From: Chiloscyllium plagiosum | Taxonomy: Eukaryota | Length of the DNA stretch: 20,000 nucleotides | Direction: 5' to 3' | Assembly (NCBI RefSeq): GCF_004010195.1 | Contig: NC_057753.1 | Span: 3,852,632-3,872,631 of the forward strand | Shown here: positions 9,466 through 19,869 of the stretch, piece after piece | How positions within the stretch are numbered: position 1 is the first letter of the stretch | Layout: each line of letters starts with the position of its first letter | Translations under genes and position numbers: made by a program | The notes under the pieces: model-generated | The model's input: only the letters and a program-made list of their open reading frames with translations | Told to the model about the DNA's origin: nothing | Databases searched by the model: none

Positions 9466-10594
9466 AGGTGGATATGACACAGAGGGTGGTTAAAGGAGAA
9501 CAGTACTGGATACCTGGCATCTCAGGTTACAAGGCTTTTAGTAGAAACATGCAGATTTAAAAAAAGAGGGGATGTGACAGTCTTGGTCAATGAATGAATG
9601 TGATGTAGTTTCTGAAATAAAATCTGTATGGTTGGAGGTGAGAATTAGGAAGGTCGCTGTGATCTTCCCACAAAGTAGGGAGGAATTAGAAGACAGAAGA
9701 CATTTGTGGGCAGATTGTGGAAGCCTGCTCAAGAGGTAGGGTTGTGATAGTTGCTGCTTTTAATAACATGGGGCATGGAGGGGGAGAAATACCTGCAAAG
9801 TATGCGGAAGGTCATTCTGCAACCCTACTTTTACAGTACTACAAGGGAGAGAGCTATACCTGCTCTGATTCTCAGTAATGAGGCAGGACAAGTGCAGAAC
9901 CTTGGATTGGGGAAGCTTTTGGGAAATACCAGTCAATGTAATAAGATTCAATATTCAACTGGAAAAGGATCACAATCACTCAAGGATTAAACTCCCAGAC
10001 TGGAAAAGGGCAGAGTTTTAGGGGTCTAAGATTGAACTGGAGCACATTGATTGGAAACACATCTTGGTGGACAATGCAATCGATTAAAAATGGGCTACTT
10101 TCAAATAGAGATGAATAGGATGAAAAGTGGGTCTTTACCAATGAGAAATAAATAAGTGGCATCCAAATCAGAAGACTAAGAATGTTAATGACAAAACAAG
10201 GAAGAGAAAGAAGGTACATGATGCATATTGGAATAATAATAGCAACAGAATTAAGGAAAAGTATCTTGAATACAGGGGAGAGACAAAGGCTGGAAAAAAC
10301 AAAGGCTAAGAAAAAACTTAAGGAGAGATTGGCAGGCTGTGCTAAAACAGTCAAATATTTTTCAAATATATTATTAGTGTGATCATACTGCTCCTTTAAC
10401 AGAATTGTGTTATTTTGTTTTCAAAATTATTTTACGACGCAAGTTCCAAATTGTCTGGCTTGATCTACTTGAAGAAGCTTTTAAGTTTTAAAAAATAACT
10501 TGCACAATTGAAGGGGAGTGGCCAGTTCTCCCAGCTCAGCTTCACTCTGGCTTGGTTTGGTTTGAGTAGTCTGCCTGTTCAGAAAAAGCAGTCA

Positions 10595-11103
10595 ATCGGA
10601 AGGATGTTGTGAAACTTGAAAGGGTTCAGAAAAGATTTACAAGGATGTTGCCAGGGTTGGAGGGTTTGAGCTATAGGAAGAGGCTGAACAGGCTGGGGCT
10701 GTTTTCCCTGGAGCGTCGGAGGCTGAGGGGTGACCTTGTAGAGGTTTATAAAATCATGAAGGGCCATGGATAGGGTAAATAGACAAAGTCTTTTCCCTGG
10801 GGTGGGGGGAGTCCAGATCTAGAGGGCATAGGTTTAGGGTGAGAGGGGAAAGATATGAACGAGACCTAAGGGGCAACTTTTTCACGCAGAGGGTGGTGCA
10901 TGTATGGAATGAGCTGCCAGAGGAAGTGGTGGAGGCTGGTACAATTACAACATTTAAAAGGCATCTGGATGGGTATATGAATAGGAAGGGTTTGGGGGGA
11001 TGTGGGCCGAGTGCTGGCAGGTGGGACTAGATTGGGTTGGGCTATCTGGTCTGGGTTGGACCGAAGGGTCTGTTTCCATGCTGTACATCTCTATGACTCC
11101 ATA
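10595..11103 (+). mobile_element. Young CR1/HER1-type LINE 3' fragment inside the solo LTR
   Basis: RKDVVKLERVQKRFTRMLPGLEGLSYRKRLNRLGLFSLERRRLRGDL.EVYKIM and RGNFFTQRVVHVWNELPEEVVEAGTITTFKRHLDGYM, with tail ctctatgactc. Confidence 0.95.
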
Positions 11104-11161
11104 ATTGGTTTGAGGCTGCTGGTCCGAGAAACAGCTCATGGAAGAAGGTGTTCCATGCTGA

Positions 11162-11193
<32 letters not shown>
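11162..11193. repeat. (CT)n microsatellite within the LTR
   Basis: ctctctctctctctttctctctctctctctct. Confidence 0.9.
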
Positions 11194-11547
11194 GTTTGCT
11201 TGTACCTTCTATGCCAATGGGGTGTTATGGGATTGTTGCAAGTAGTTGCAACAGCATCGTTCAGTTGGGGTAATCTGTTAGGTCTTTGGATAGGTTAAGT
11301 TCTTCTATATTCAGTTCTCTTTTGTTCATGTTTCATTTGGTAATCTTGGTAATATTCTTAAAACTAAGCGGTCAGACTAGTTGCATCACTTCTGGGATAA
11401 AACAACTAGCAAAAGTTATTTCTTAAGATGTTTTGAGGGGGTCTGGCTTGGTCTGTCACATTAGTGAAAGATGAGCGAAGCATAAAGCGGGGTCCATAAG
11501 GATCAAGGAAGGTAAACCACTCAGTGAATCAAAGGATATGGCAGAGG

Positions 11548-11864
11548 GGGGAGTTGGCTCAGTGGTTAACACTGCTGCCTAACAGCACCAGGGACCCAAA
11601 TTAGATTCCAGCCTCGGATGACTGTATGGAGTTTGCAAATTCTACCTTTGTCTGCATGGGTTTCCTCCCACACTCTAAAGGTGTGCAGTTTAAGGTGAAT
11701 TAGCCATGCTAAATTGTCCACGGTATTCAGGGATGTGTAGATTGGGTGCATTAGTCAGGGTTTAAATGTAGGGGGATGGGTCTGGATGGGTGACTCTTCG
11801 GAGGGTCGCTGTGGATTTGTTGGGCCACAGAGCCTGTTTCCACACTGTAGGGATTTTATGATCT
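11548..11864 (+). mobile_element. HE1-type SINE
   Basis: A box tggctcagtggttaac, degenerate B box agattccagcc, HE1 core tggagtttgcaaattct, and tail gggccacagagcctgtttccacactgtagggatt. It interrupts the host CR1 between MAE and NEY-like codons. Confidence 0.88.
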
Positions 11865-12189
11865 ACTAATGAATATTGTGTTCCCATATTTATAAACTAG
11901 AAGATTTTGACTGTGGCCCAGGTGAAAATGTGGGTGTTGGCTAACTGAGCAGTATAATGATAAATAAAGAAATGTTAAAAAGGCTGTTAGCAATCCACAA
12001 AGGAAAGTCACCAGGCCCTGGTGGGTTGCATCCTAGATTGCTGAGAGAGTTCAGGCAGAACATTGCTGGTGCTGTTGACAGAAATTTCCAGGCTTCTATG
12101 AACATAACATTTGTCCTGAGCAACTGGGGATTTGAAAATATGATGTCATTTTTTAGGAAGGTGGAAAAGGATAACACTGCTTTTAGCGT

Positions 12190-12350
12190 AAATGAAAATC
12201 AAATATCAACTGGGTGAAGCTAAGATGGAGGACTACTTATGTACCAAACAAAATAAGCTGTAAGTTATAGGACCAAGCGATTCCACTGTCAACAGATCAG
12301 ATGTAAGCTATGCAATTGAAATTCTGTGCGGCTCCGAAGAGTGGTAGTAC
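12190..12350 (+). mobile_element. Internal fragment of a second, CR1-group shark LINE family
   Basis: tcaactgggtgaagcta...ggactactt...aagcgattccactgtcaacagatcagatgtaagctatgca resembles, from memory, a common shark LINE ORF2 linker. Not database-checked. Confidence 0.45.
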
Positions 12351-12814
12351 TTTACATAAAAAGATCAATAGTAGTGTGAAGATATCAGAAGCATTCAACT
12401 GGTAGCAGACTTTTGTGCAATCAGGAGTGATGACAAGGTGATGTAAAGACAAAGGATGGGTCTAAACATAGAGAAACATGAAGAACACTGGACAGCAAGA
12501 AAAATAGGTTTGGGGATGGGAGTGAAAGAGAAGCTTATGGGTGGATACTGAGGGCTTAGTATAGTATAATGCACAGATAACTATATGAAGAGCTGGGGTA
12601 AGCTTAAAAGCAAAGCGAATGCACGAGAAAGTATTGGTCGATATAAAAAAGGAAAAGTCGGCATCTTTTTTAAAAAATAAATGTATAGTTATATAAAAAT
12701 CAAGGCGATAAAAAGTGAAAGAACTATGTTGGAAATCAGAAAGGTAACATTGTGTGGAACCAGAAGAGGTGAGCATGGTCTCCATGGTTACTTTACATTA
12801 GTACACTGATGCTG

Positions 12815-13155
12815 AGAAGCAGCAGTGCGTACTCTCTACAAGGTGAAACACCCACATTCCGCAGAAGCACTTCCCATATCCATGACCACTAGAGCCAAGA
12901 GCAGCAGATACCTGGGAATACCACAAACTGCAAATCCTCCACCAAGTCACTTGTCATCTCAACTTGGAAATATGTGACTGTTCCTTTTGTGGTTTTGGGT
13001 CAATTATTTTGGAATCTTCCCCCCCCATTGCATTGCGGGTTTACATGCAATGGTTGATAAAAGCAGCTCACCACCACCTTCTCAAGTGCCTCTGGGCACC
13101 GACTATAAATGCCAGTCCATCCAGCGACCCTCATGTCCATTGAGTGAATTGAAAA
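12815..13155 (+). mobile_element. 3' end of a CR1-group LINE (second family)
   Basis: gcagcagatacctgggaataccacaaactgcaa...acttggaaatat...tggaatc...gcagctcaccaccaccttctcaag...ataaatgc...gagtgaattgaaaa, a recognisable shark LINE ORF2 end and 3' UTR. Confidence 0.75.
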
Positions 13156-13418
13156 CGATGTGAAATATTAGCAGTTAACCTCCAGAAAGAGGGATGCTAG
13201 TGGGTTTAGCAATCTTGAAAGTACATGAATCTGCAGGCCTGGATGTGATATATCTTTTGGGAGGTAAGGGAAGTGATATTTGAGTCTCTGGAAATAACTT
13301 GCAGATTATCAATGCCAGAAGACTAAACGTTAGGACCCTGGAAAGTATTGAAGCTCAGGGGGAATTTTGTGTGCGTATCCAGAGACCCCAGAAGATATTC
13401 AGGCAGTAGATAAGGTCG

Positions 13419-14123
13419 TGTAATATTAGTCTAAAATATCTTTACCGTATCTTTAAGGTTTGATCCAAAATGAATGCAAGAAAACACATGCACTTTGATA
13501 TGAAACAATTTTATTAGCTTTATATACTTTAGATATATGCAAACTAAAAGTGAATTTATTAGCTTAAACCACTTCAGGCATATTCAACAAGAGAGTCTTA
13601 CGTTCTTTCCCTTATTGAGGGTCCCACAGTGACAGCTCGCACTCAAGAGCTCGATCTCAATTTCGCAACATTCGTGAACTCAGTCTGATGGTGAAGTCCA
13701 TGAAACTGTGAAAAGTTGCCAATATTTATAGTGCATTGAATTTGATGTTATGTGCTGGATTGCCTCTTCTGAGTATTATTCTCAAACATTTCTCTGTGCT
13801 TGGTGATCATAAGCAAGTCCAGGTACCGCTGCAAAACAGCCTACTTCCACACCAAGACCGCCGCCTTGCACAATGTGGGCAAAAGTGAGGACTGCAGATG
13901 CTGGAGATCAGTGTTTAGATTAGAGTGGTGCTGAAAAAGCACAGCAGGTCAGGCAGCATCCGAGGAGCAGGAAAATCGACGTTTCGGGCAAAAACGTCGA
14001 TCTTCTTGCATAATATCCTCCACTCTCGTTACTTTCCAGTCTTCATCAATTCCTTTATTGCCATCTCCACCTAACCCTTAATAATATGGCTTTTGGATAT
14101 CACTTTTGGATTCACACACTGCA
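13419..14123. mobile_element. Candidate old solo LTR
   Basis: Begins TGTAATAT and ends ACACTGCA (TG...CA, imperfect inverted ends). Flanked by ggtcg / ggtgg (4 of 5 match). It interrupts the CR1 at its gataaggt(g)g segment. Confidence 0.45.
13877..14004 (-). mobile_element. Penelope-like terminal-repeat fragment with fold-back junction
   Basis: aaagtgaggactgcagatgctggag...agagtggtgctgaaaaagcacagcaggtcaggcagcatccgaggagcaggaaaatcgacgtttcgggc. Degenerate 12-bp duplication at 13865-13876 and 14005-14016. Confidence 0.85.
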
Positions 14124-14257
14124 GGTGGCTGAAAGTGTTTTGGGAATATTTGATATGATGAGCTGCAGCACAGAGTGTTATGCTGGAACTGTATAAAATG
14201 CTTGTTACAGGTGCAATTGAGTTGTCCTTTCATGATAGGAATGGTCTCACATTTAGG

Positions 14258-14355
14258 AATTCCTGATCAAGGGTTTATGCCCGAAACGTCAAGTCTCTTG
14301 CTCCTCGGGTGCTGCCTGCCCGCTGTGCTTTTCCAGCACCACACTCTCGACGCTG
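14258..14355 (+). mobile_element. Penelope-like terminal-repeat fragment (hammerhead core mutated to CTGATCA)
   Basis: ttcctgatcaagggtttatgcccgaaacgtc...gctcctcgggtgctgcctg...ctgtgcttttccagcaccacactc. Confidence 0.85.
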
Positions 14356-15176
14356 AGTTACTGAACAGTTTATTACACGCATACTGATTTTTCTCACTGC
14401 TGTGATGGAATGATTAAACTCGAGGTAGAAAGTTACAAATTCTGCAGCAAATGTCAAAAGATTATCTTGTGTATTAGGTATAAAGTTACATTTTTTTTCC
14501 CAGCTGTCAAGCCCTGAGTGGATGCCTACCTAGTGTATGTAATGATTCACTCAGATATAGCGAATTTTGCGACCACTAAATAAAATCTTAATTGAGACGA
14601 ATTATGAAGGACTGCATAATGCTGAGTTTCTTGGGATAAGTACTCACTGATGCTTTGTAACGTCTTCCCAAGCCACTGCTGGGGTGCCTGGAACTCCGAC
14701 ACAGTTTGTTCTAAATGGTCGCATTCAGCTGATTTGTCCGTGTCATCATGATGGGCAATTAGATCAATAGTCATAAGGTCTGCAATGTGTGTGTTTTATT
14801 GCATGCAGTGGTGGAAATTTATGTTGTACGTCAGGGAAATGAAAACCAGTGGCAAAATGCCGAGAAGCCGTTGATACATGATGTGGACTGGGAAAGTAGG
14901 TAAGCAGAGGAACAGGCCAAAGGTGTCCCCTGAGTAAAAATGTATCCCATTAATGTTTGCCCAAGCCAAGAAATCGAGCCCCAAATGATAAATCATCAGA
15001 TAGATGTATTTTCATCTCATCTCTCCGCTCTCCCTTACAGGACTGCAGCAAGGGAATCCACACAAGCACATCAATTCCCAGGAGGAACAAAATAATTGCT
15101 AATAGTGCATGTGGAACAATTGCCCCGTGTCATCCATGTGGACAGATCCAATTAATATACTGGCTGGTATCATGCT

Positions 15177-15415
15177 AGTAGATTAGATTACTCACAGTGT
15201 GAAAACAGGCTCTTCGGCCCAACAAGTCCACACCAACCGTCCAAGAAGTAACCCACACAGACCCATTCCCTTAACTAATGTCCCTAACACAACGGGACAA
15301 CTTAGCATAGCAAATTCACCTGGTCTGCACACCTTTGGACTATGGGAGGAATCCCACTCAGCCCGAGGCTGGAATGGAACCTGGCAGTGCTAACCACCAA
15401 GCCACTGTGCCACCC
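15177..15415 (-). mobile_element. HE1-type SINE with internal deletions
   Basis: Reverse complement: gggtggcacagtggcttggtggttagcactgcc...ggttccattccagcctcggg...gggccgaagagcctgttttcacactg followed by a (tctaa)n tail. Confidence 0.85.
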
Positions 15416-15802
15416 GTAGTTAGAGCTTACAACCCAGCAAAGACAGCATGGACAGAGACATATACATAACAGATGCAGGCAGTGAAGGAGGATGGTGAAT
15501 CTCCAGACACCACTATCCCAGACTAAGTAGCATTATTCGGTACATTAATGACAGAGATCAACGTTTTTCTTTTAGGTGTTAATTAAATCAGAAGAAATGG
15601 GGTTAGTGTGGTCATCAGTGTTGGGTTAGATGGTCAACCAAAACTTAACTCAACATTGAGCCACCTTTAATGCACAGAATGGCCTTCTCCCATGTTATTC
15701 CATTCACATGAACATTTAAAAGCACGCTGGACGTTAGCTATATGAGACACAGGCAAGAAAATCACAGGATACAAAATAGCTTGAAATTCACATTAGACTA
15801 TT

Positions 15803-16692
15803 TTATTTCCAAAACTTAAATATTTTAAGGGGCTGAATGAACAGATCAGCCAACCTGGCTCGGAATTTACTCTGGGTCGCAGCATAAATAAATGGGTTGA
15901 CACAAGAGCTCAACAACTGAAGCATGTATCCAGTTTGGCGGAGGATGTAAATAGAGCCAAGGGAGTAGGTGACTTTCACAATTCGGACATAGATGTTCGT
16001 TATCAATAATGGTAGGTATAACAAGATGAAACTGCCCGAGATTGTAAAGAGCAAAATAATGGAGTGTCTCCGCTTCTCCATCTCAGGATCACTTTGGTTC
16101 TCCATGTTCTTTTGGGCACGGAGTCTGTTGCGGGCTTTATTGGTCATGAGTATATACCTGACAGTCAGAGCATTGAGCAGTAAAATAAGCATGGATGGGA
16201 GAAAAGTTGTTAAACTGGAAGTAATAAAGTCGTATGCAATCCATCCTGGTAGCATATAAATTTCTGTTTTTAAGTTGCACAACCATGGTACATTGTCAAC
16301 AATGTACTTGGGCTCCATTTGAAAATATAGAAAGACATTTTTCACGAAAGCTAGCACAGACAAGATTCCTATTACTCGTGCAGCTACCTTCTTGGTGCAA
16401 TATTTTATTTTCAACTTCTGGCAAGAAATGGCTACAAATCGATCAAAGGTGAAAGCTACTGTCAGCCAGGCAGAACTGTCAATGGCTGCAAAGTTTAAGA
16501 CAGAACGGACACTGCATACAGGAGTGATTGACAGGAAGCTGGAGGGGAAGTAGATCCCAGCAATTCGATTTAATATTACAATTGTGACAATGACCAGGAA
16601 ATCAGTCGCTGCCATAGACACCAGGTAATAAGTGATGCATCCAGAAAGACCACATCTTTTTTGAGACAGGATCACAATCACAGTCAAGTTAG
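15803..16692 (-). CDS. Class A orphan GPCR, GPR139/GPR142-like (gene 2), exon 2
   Basis: Open frame with ANL, MAATDF, PVC, FDRF, WLC, FLPS..LLLN, LYLP, NPFIY and KFR. A pyrimidine tract and ttgcAG acceptor (16694-16693) give phase 1. Joined to exon 1 this is 960 nt, or 319 aa plus stop. Confidence 0.92.
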
Positions 16693-17060
16693 CTGCAATG
16701 TTGAGGTGGGGTGCGGGATGGTGGGGGAGGGGAAAGAGGGAGAGCGAGATCAGTGGAATAATAGTTATGTTGCCAATTTGATTCCAAGCAAAATTATACA
16801 TTTTCCAGAAATACGTACAAAATTTAAAACTTATTGCAAGGAACACAATTGAGAAATTATCCATTATGTTAGAGAGAGCTGATTCTGGGGCTTAAAATTA
16901 TCATCTCATTAATAGACACCATATTAAAATAACAATATCATGAAGCCAGTCAGAAGGCAGGATATCATAGACACATTGAAAGCTACGTGGATTTGTCTAA
17001 TGCACATAAAAAGCAAGGAAGTATAAAAAAATTAATGAACCAGAGGACACAGCATAAAAA

Positions 17061-17335
17061 AGGGGTAGGCCATTTAGGACAGAGATGAGGAGAAACTTCT
17101 TCACCCAGAGAGTGGTGGGTGTGTGGAAGGCTCTGCACCAGAGGGCAGTGGAGGCCCAGTCTCTGGATTCGTTTAAGAAAGAGTTGGATAGAGCTCTCAA
17201 GGATAGTGGAATCAAGGGTTATGGAGATAAGGCAGGAACAGGATACTGATTGAGGATGATCAGCCATGATCATAATGAATGGTGGTGCAGGCTCGAAGGG
17301 CAGAATGGCCTACTCCTGCACCTGTTGTCTATTGT
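17061..17335 (+). mobile_element. CR1/HER1-type LINE 3' end in the intron of gene 2
   Basis: GRPFRTEMRRNFFTQRVVGVWKALHQRAVEAQSLDSFKKELDRALKDSGIKGYGDKAGTGY*, then 3' UTR and ctgttgtctattgt tail. Confidence 0.93.
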
Positions 17336-18540
17336 AAGGAAATTACAAAACAATCAACATATTTGCTGCAATGAGCGACATTTTATATTATATTTCCAAC
17401 AGCATGAAAATGGGCACATTCCCAGTGAATGATTGTAAAATCTTTCACTGTTGGAAAATACCGAAATCACATTCTTCAACAGGGAAAAGAAACAATGGCT
17501 TGTGGGCACAATAAAGCCAGCTCTTCAGATAATATTCAAGTTCAATTTTATGTGTTGATCTGAACCATTCAAAATAGCACATACCTGTTCTCGTTCATGG
17601 GAAGGCTGTCCTAAAATGCGGCATAATCTCCATGTTATACAGCACTGACAAAAATAAAATGATCTTTGTCCTTTATTATACTATTGAAGTAAGGACCTTG
17701 TAAATTTGATGCACGAGATCTCAGACCGACTACAGCTACACTCAATATGGGGAATATAGTGAATATGGGAATAGTTCCAGTCACTCCCAGGAGCCAAGGA
17801 AAATTCTGCTTATAGCAGTCATCAACTTAGTGCACTCAGCAGTGGTGGGAGTTGAGTAGGAGAGCTATTCAGATGTATTGAACGCTGAAAGTGAGGAACT
17901 GAAACACTGTGCTCTTGGGGTGAACATCATTCATCCACTCAAGCATAATCAGAGCAATGCCAATATATCTGACAGCATCTCGTTGCCGATTCACACCCCT
18001 TCAGTAAGTTTAGTCACTATGATTGCACATGGAATGATTAAACGGTACTGTCCTTTCAAACAATGATTCTGTTGTGGAAATTATATGCACATTTTCAAGT
18101 TCAACATCAGCACAAATTTATGTTTAGATCATGATGAAACTGTAATGATGAACCATAGCAATAATGGAAATAAAACAGTAGAACTTCAGACGCACAGTGT
18201 GTGGATTCATCAACAGAATCAGTTTTACATCACAATTAGCTTCGACAATTTATAGACAATTGATACTCAACAACATAGTGGAATTGCATATGCACAATAG
18301 AATGTGTATTTTGATTTATCCACCATTAATGACATTGATATAATACTTACACTTAGACTGTTAGATATCAGTGGTGAGTGTGAAAAATTATTAAATTTCA
18401 GCAAATAAGTCACCTACCACAGAGACAATACAACATTAAAGGCAGCAATTTATAGTCATAGAGACCTGCAGAATGGAAAAAGGCCCTCCAGTGCACTACA
18501 TCTGAGCTATCAAAACCAACTGTCCAGCTATTCTATTCAG

Positions 18541-18640
18541 TTCTGGAGAAGGGTGACCGGAATTGAAACATTATCTCTATATTCTCTATATGCATGGTGC
18601 CACACCTGCTCAGTTTCTCCAACAATGTGTTTTTTTTTTA
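18541..18640 (+). mobile_element. Decayed Penelope-like terminal-repeat half
   Basis: ttctggagaagggtgaccggaattgaaacatta...cctgctcagtttctccaacaat resembles the right arms at 7738-7840 and 19000-19075. Confidence 0.55.
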
Positions 18641-18894
18641 ATTTTTCTTTCTCATCCCATTTTCCGGTAATTTCATGAAACTACGTAGGTAAAAAGGAAG
18701 TAATATGATGTCAACCTGAAGAGCTGACAACACTTGTACCAAAGAATATTGTCAGTAAATGAAAACGATCATAATGTTAAGATAAACCAATACCTTAAAG
18801 TTAGGAAATGAAACTTTAACTGAGAATGAATTGCAACAGTTAAGCAATGCACATTATACCAGTGTCGGAGAAAACAATATAAAACAACGAACTG

Positions 18895-19075
18895 GGATAC
18901 TGGAAATCTAAAGAAGAAAAAGCAAGCGTGGCTGGAGAAACTCAGAAGACCTGGCAGCATCTGTAGAGGGAAAAGCAGAGTTAACATTTCCAATCCAGCG
19001 AAGAAAGGTCATTGGAGTCGAAACATTAACTCAGTTTTCTCTCCACAGGTGCTGCCTGAGCTGGTGCCTTTCTCT
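18895..19075. mobile_element. Fold-back Penelope-derived element (same type as 7647-7879)
   Basis: ggcagcatctgtagagggaaaagcagagttaacatttccaatcca pairs with tggagtcgaaacattaactcagttttctctccacaggtgctgcc. Confidence 0.7.
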
Positions 19076-19184
19076 CGGGTCAAATACTATATGGAAGGTG
19101 GAGGTGATCTCGTGGTCACTGGAGAAAGTGATACTCCCTCCAAAAAACGATTCTCTTAGTTAGTAATCAACCACAATAGTTTAC

Positions 19185-19254
19185 CTGGCACCCCAATAAC
19201 TGCTATGACAGGATAGCAAATGGCAAACACCAGGCCTCTCGTTACTCCATGCAT
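19185..19254 (-). CDS. GPR139-like gene 2, exon 1 (N-terminus and first half of TM1)
   Basis: gaaATGC... encodes MHGVTRGLVFAICYPVIAVIGVP plus G, then donor CCAG|gtaaac. Its 70 nt (phase 1) match the exon 2 acceptor and rebuild GVPAN, equivalent to GLPAN in mammalian GPR139 TM1. Confidence 0.9.
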
Positions 19255-19305
19255 TTCTGTCCAATAAAAAGAGCACCTTCTGGGATTTCTTGAGAAAAGG
19301 ACTCC

Positions 19306-19312
19306 ATTTATA
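19306..19312 (-). promoter_or_regulatory. Candidate TATA box of gene 2
   Basis: TATAAAT on - about 52 nt upstream of the exon 1 ATG. No transcript evidence. Confidence 0.45.
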
Positions 19313-19869
19313 CATGAATTCCATCTTCAGGGACATAATTAGTTAATTTGAGATTTTACATTTATTTACACGTTGTTATGAGCAGAGCACAGCAGCAGCG
19401 CCTAGGGTGTTTTTTTTTTAATTGAGTTGATTTGTTTTTTTCGCCTATGATGTCTGGCACAACCCCAAAGTGGAAAAAAAATGGAGACTACCGAATTACT
19501 CAAATTATAGTTCTTTGCAAAATCCATTCCTATCTGAATATTGGGATCACTCCAAATCAATGCTGTTTTAGGTTGCAAAGAAAACCATACATTTCCTCCC
19601 TTTGTTGTTCAGGAGCATTTTGTCACTCTGATCACTGAACAGCTGAAACAAGTTCCATTCAATATTGATGAGATACACTGAAGCATCTGTTCCTCCAGAC
19701 CACTGACATGACTAAATTCAGGGCAGGCTGATACATGATGTTGGGATTTCATTCAGAAGAGCAGGATACAGATGGAATTGAAGGTGTATTCAGTGCCATA
19801 AGATCGAGTTCATCATGGTCAAATTTAGTGTGGACGAATCTCGCTTAAAAACCTTAAGTACTGTGTGGA

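Larger units (their letters stand above)
10378..11460 (+). mobile_element. Solo LTR (probably Gypsy/Metaviridae type), carrying an internal CR1 insertion
   Basis: Termini TGTGA...TCACA form a perfect 5-bp inverted repeat. A 4-bp target duplication TTAG lies at 10374-10377 and 11461-11464. Host CR1 ORF2 homology resumes directly across it. Strand is a guess. Confidence 0.8.
8615..12176 (+). mobile_element. Old, heavily decayed CR1 LINE 5' half (ORF1 SGNH esterase, ORF2 endonuclease and linker), split by later insertions
   Basis: ORF1 remnant ELGSRLKHRTPGVVMSDILPVP...RQIRVVNTWMEE...LFRRNALYLSCNGTNLLAER...GLNL* ending at 9151. ORF2 remnants SGYKAFSR, SVWLEVR, TTRERAIPALILSNEAGQV, KAKKKLKERLA, SESKDMAE and KSPGPGGLHPRLLRE...FQAS...FFRK occur in the expected order. 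Confidence 0.85.
12600..14225 (+). mobile_element. Second old CR1 ORF2 remnant, internally deleted and split by insertions
   Basis: YSYIKIK...NQKGN.CVEPEEVSMVSMVTL-like segment (12680-12805), KVHESAGLDVIY (about 13220), RTLESIEAQGEFCVRIQRPQK...VDKV-like segment (13330-13418), and VMLELYKML (14175-14200), in CR1 order. Confidence 0.65.

Noticed and set aside
14550..15170. Possible very old LINE remnant on the minus strand
   Set aside because: Only faint resemblance (e.g. LAWAN) and no run of motifs I can defend. Left unassigned.
2210..16852. Numerous 60-160 aa ORFs in the track
   Set aside because: They are antisense shadows of the GPCR exons, frames within SINE/LINE/Penelope copies, or low-complexity sequence with no independent protein signal.
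16693..16864. N-terminal 57 aa of the 353-aa ORF
   Set aside because: Intronic read-through. A much better first exon exists at 19254-19185.
47..17335. Inverted near-identical CR1 copies in both introns as a relic of the gene duplication
   Set aside because: Flanks, lengths and positions differ, and the copies are far more alike than the genes, so they are independent insertions of a young subfamily.
18193..18221. CACAGTG heptamer as a V(D)J recombination signal (also at 13625 and 15193)
   Set aside because: No convincing nonamer at 12 or 23 bp spacing and no Ig/TCR segments nearby.
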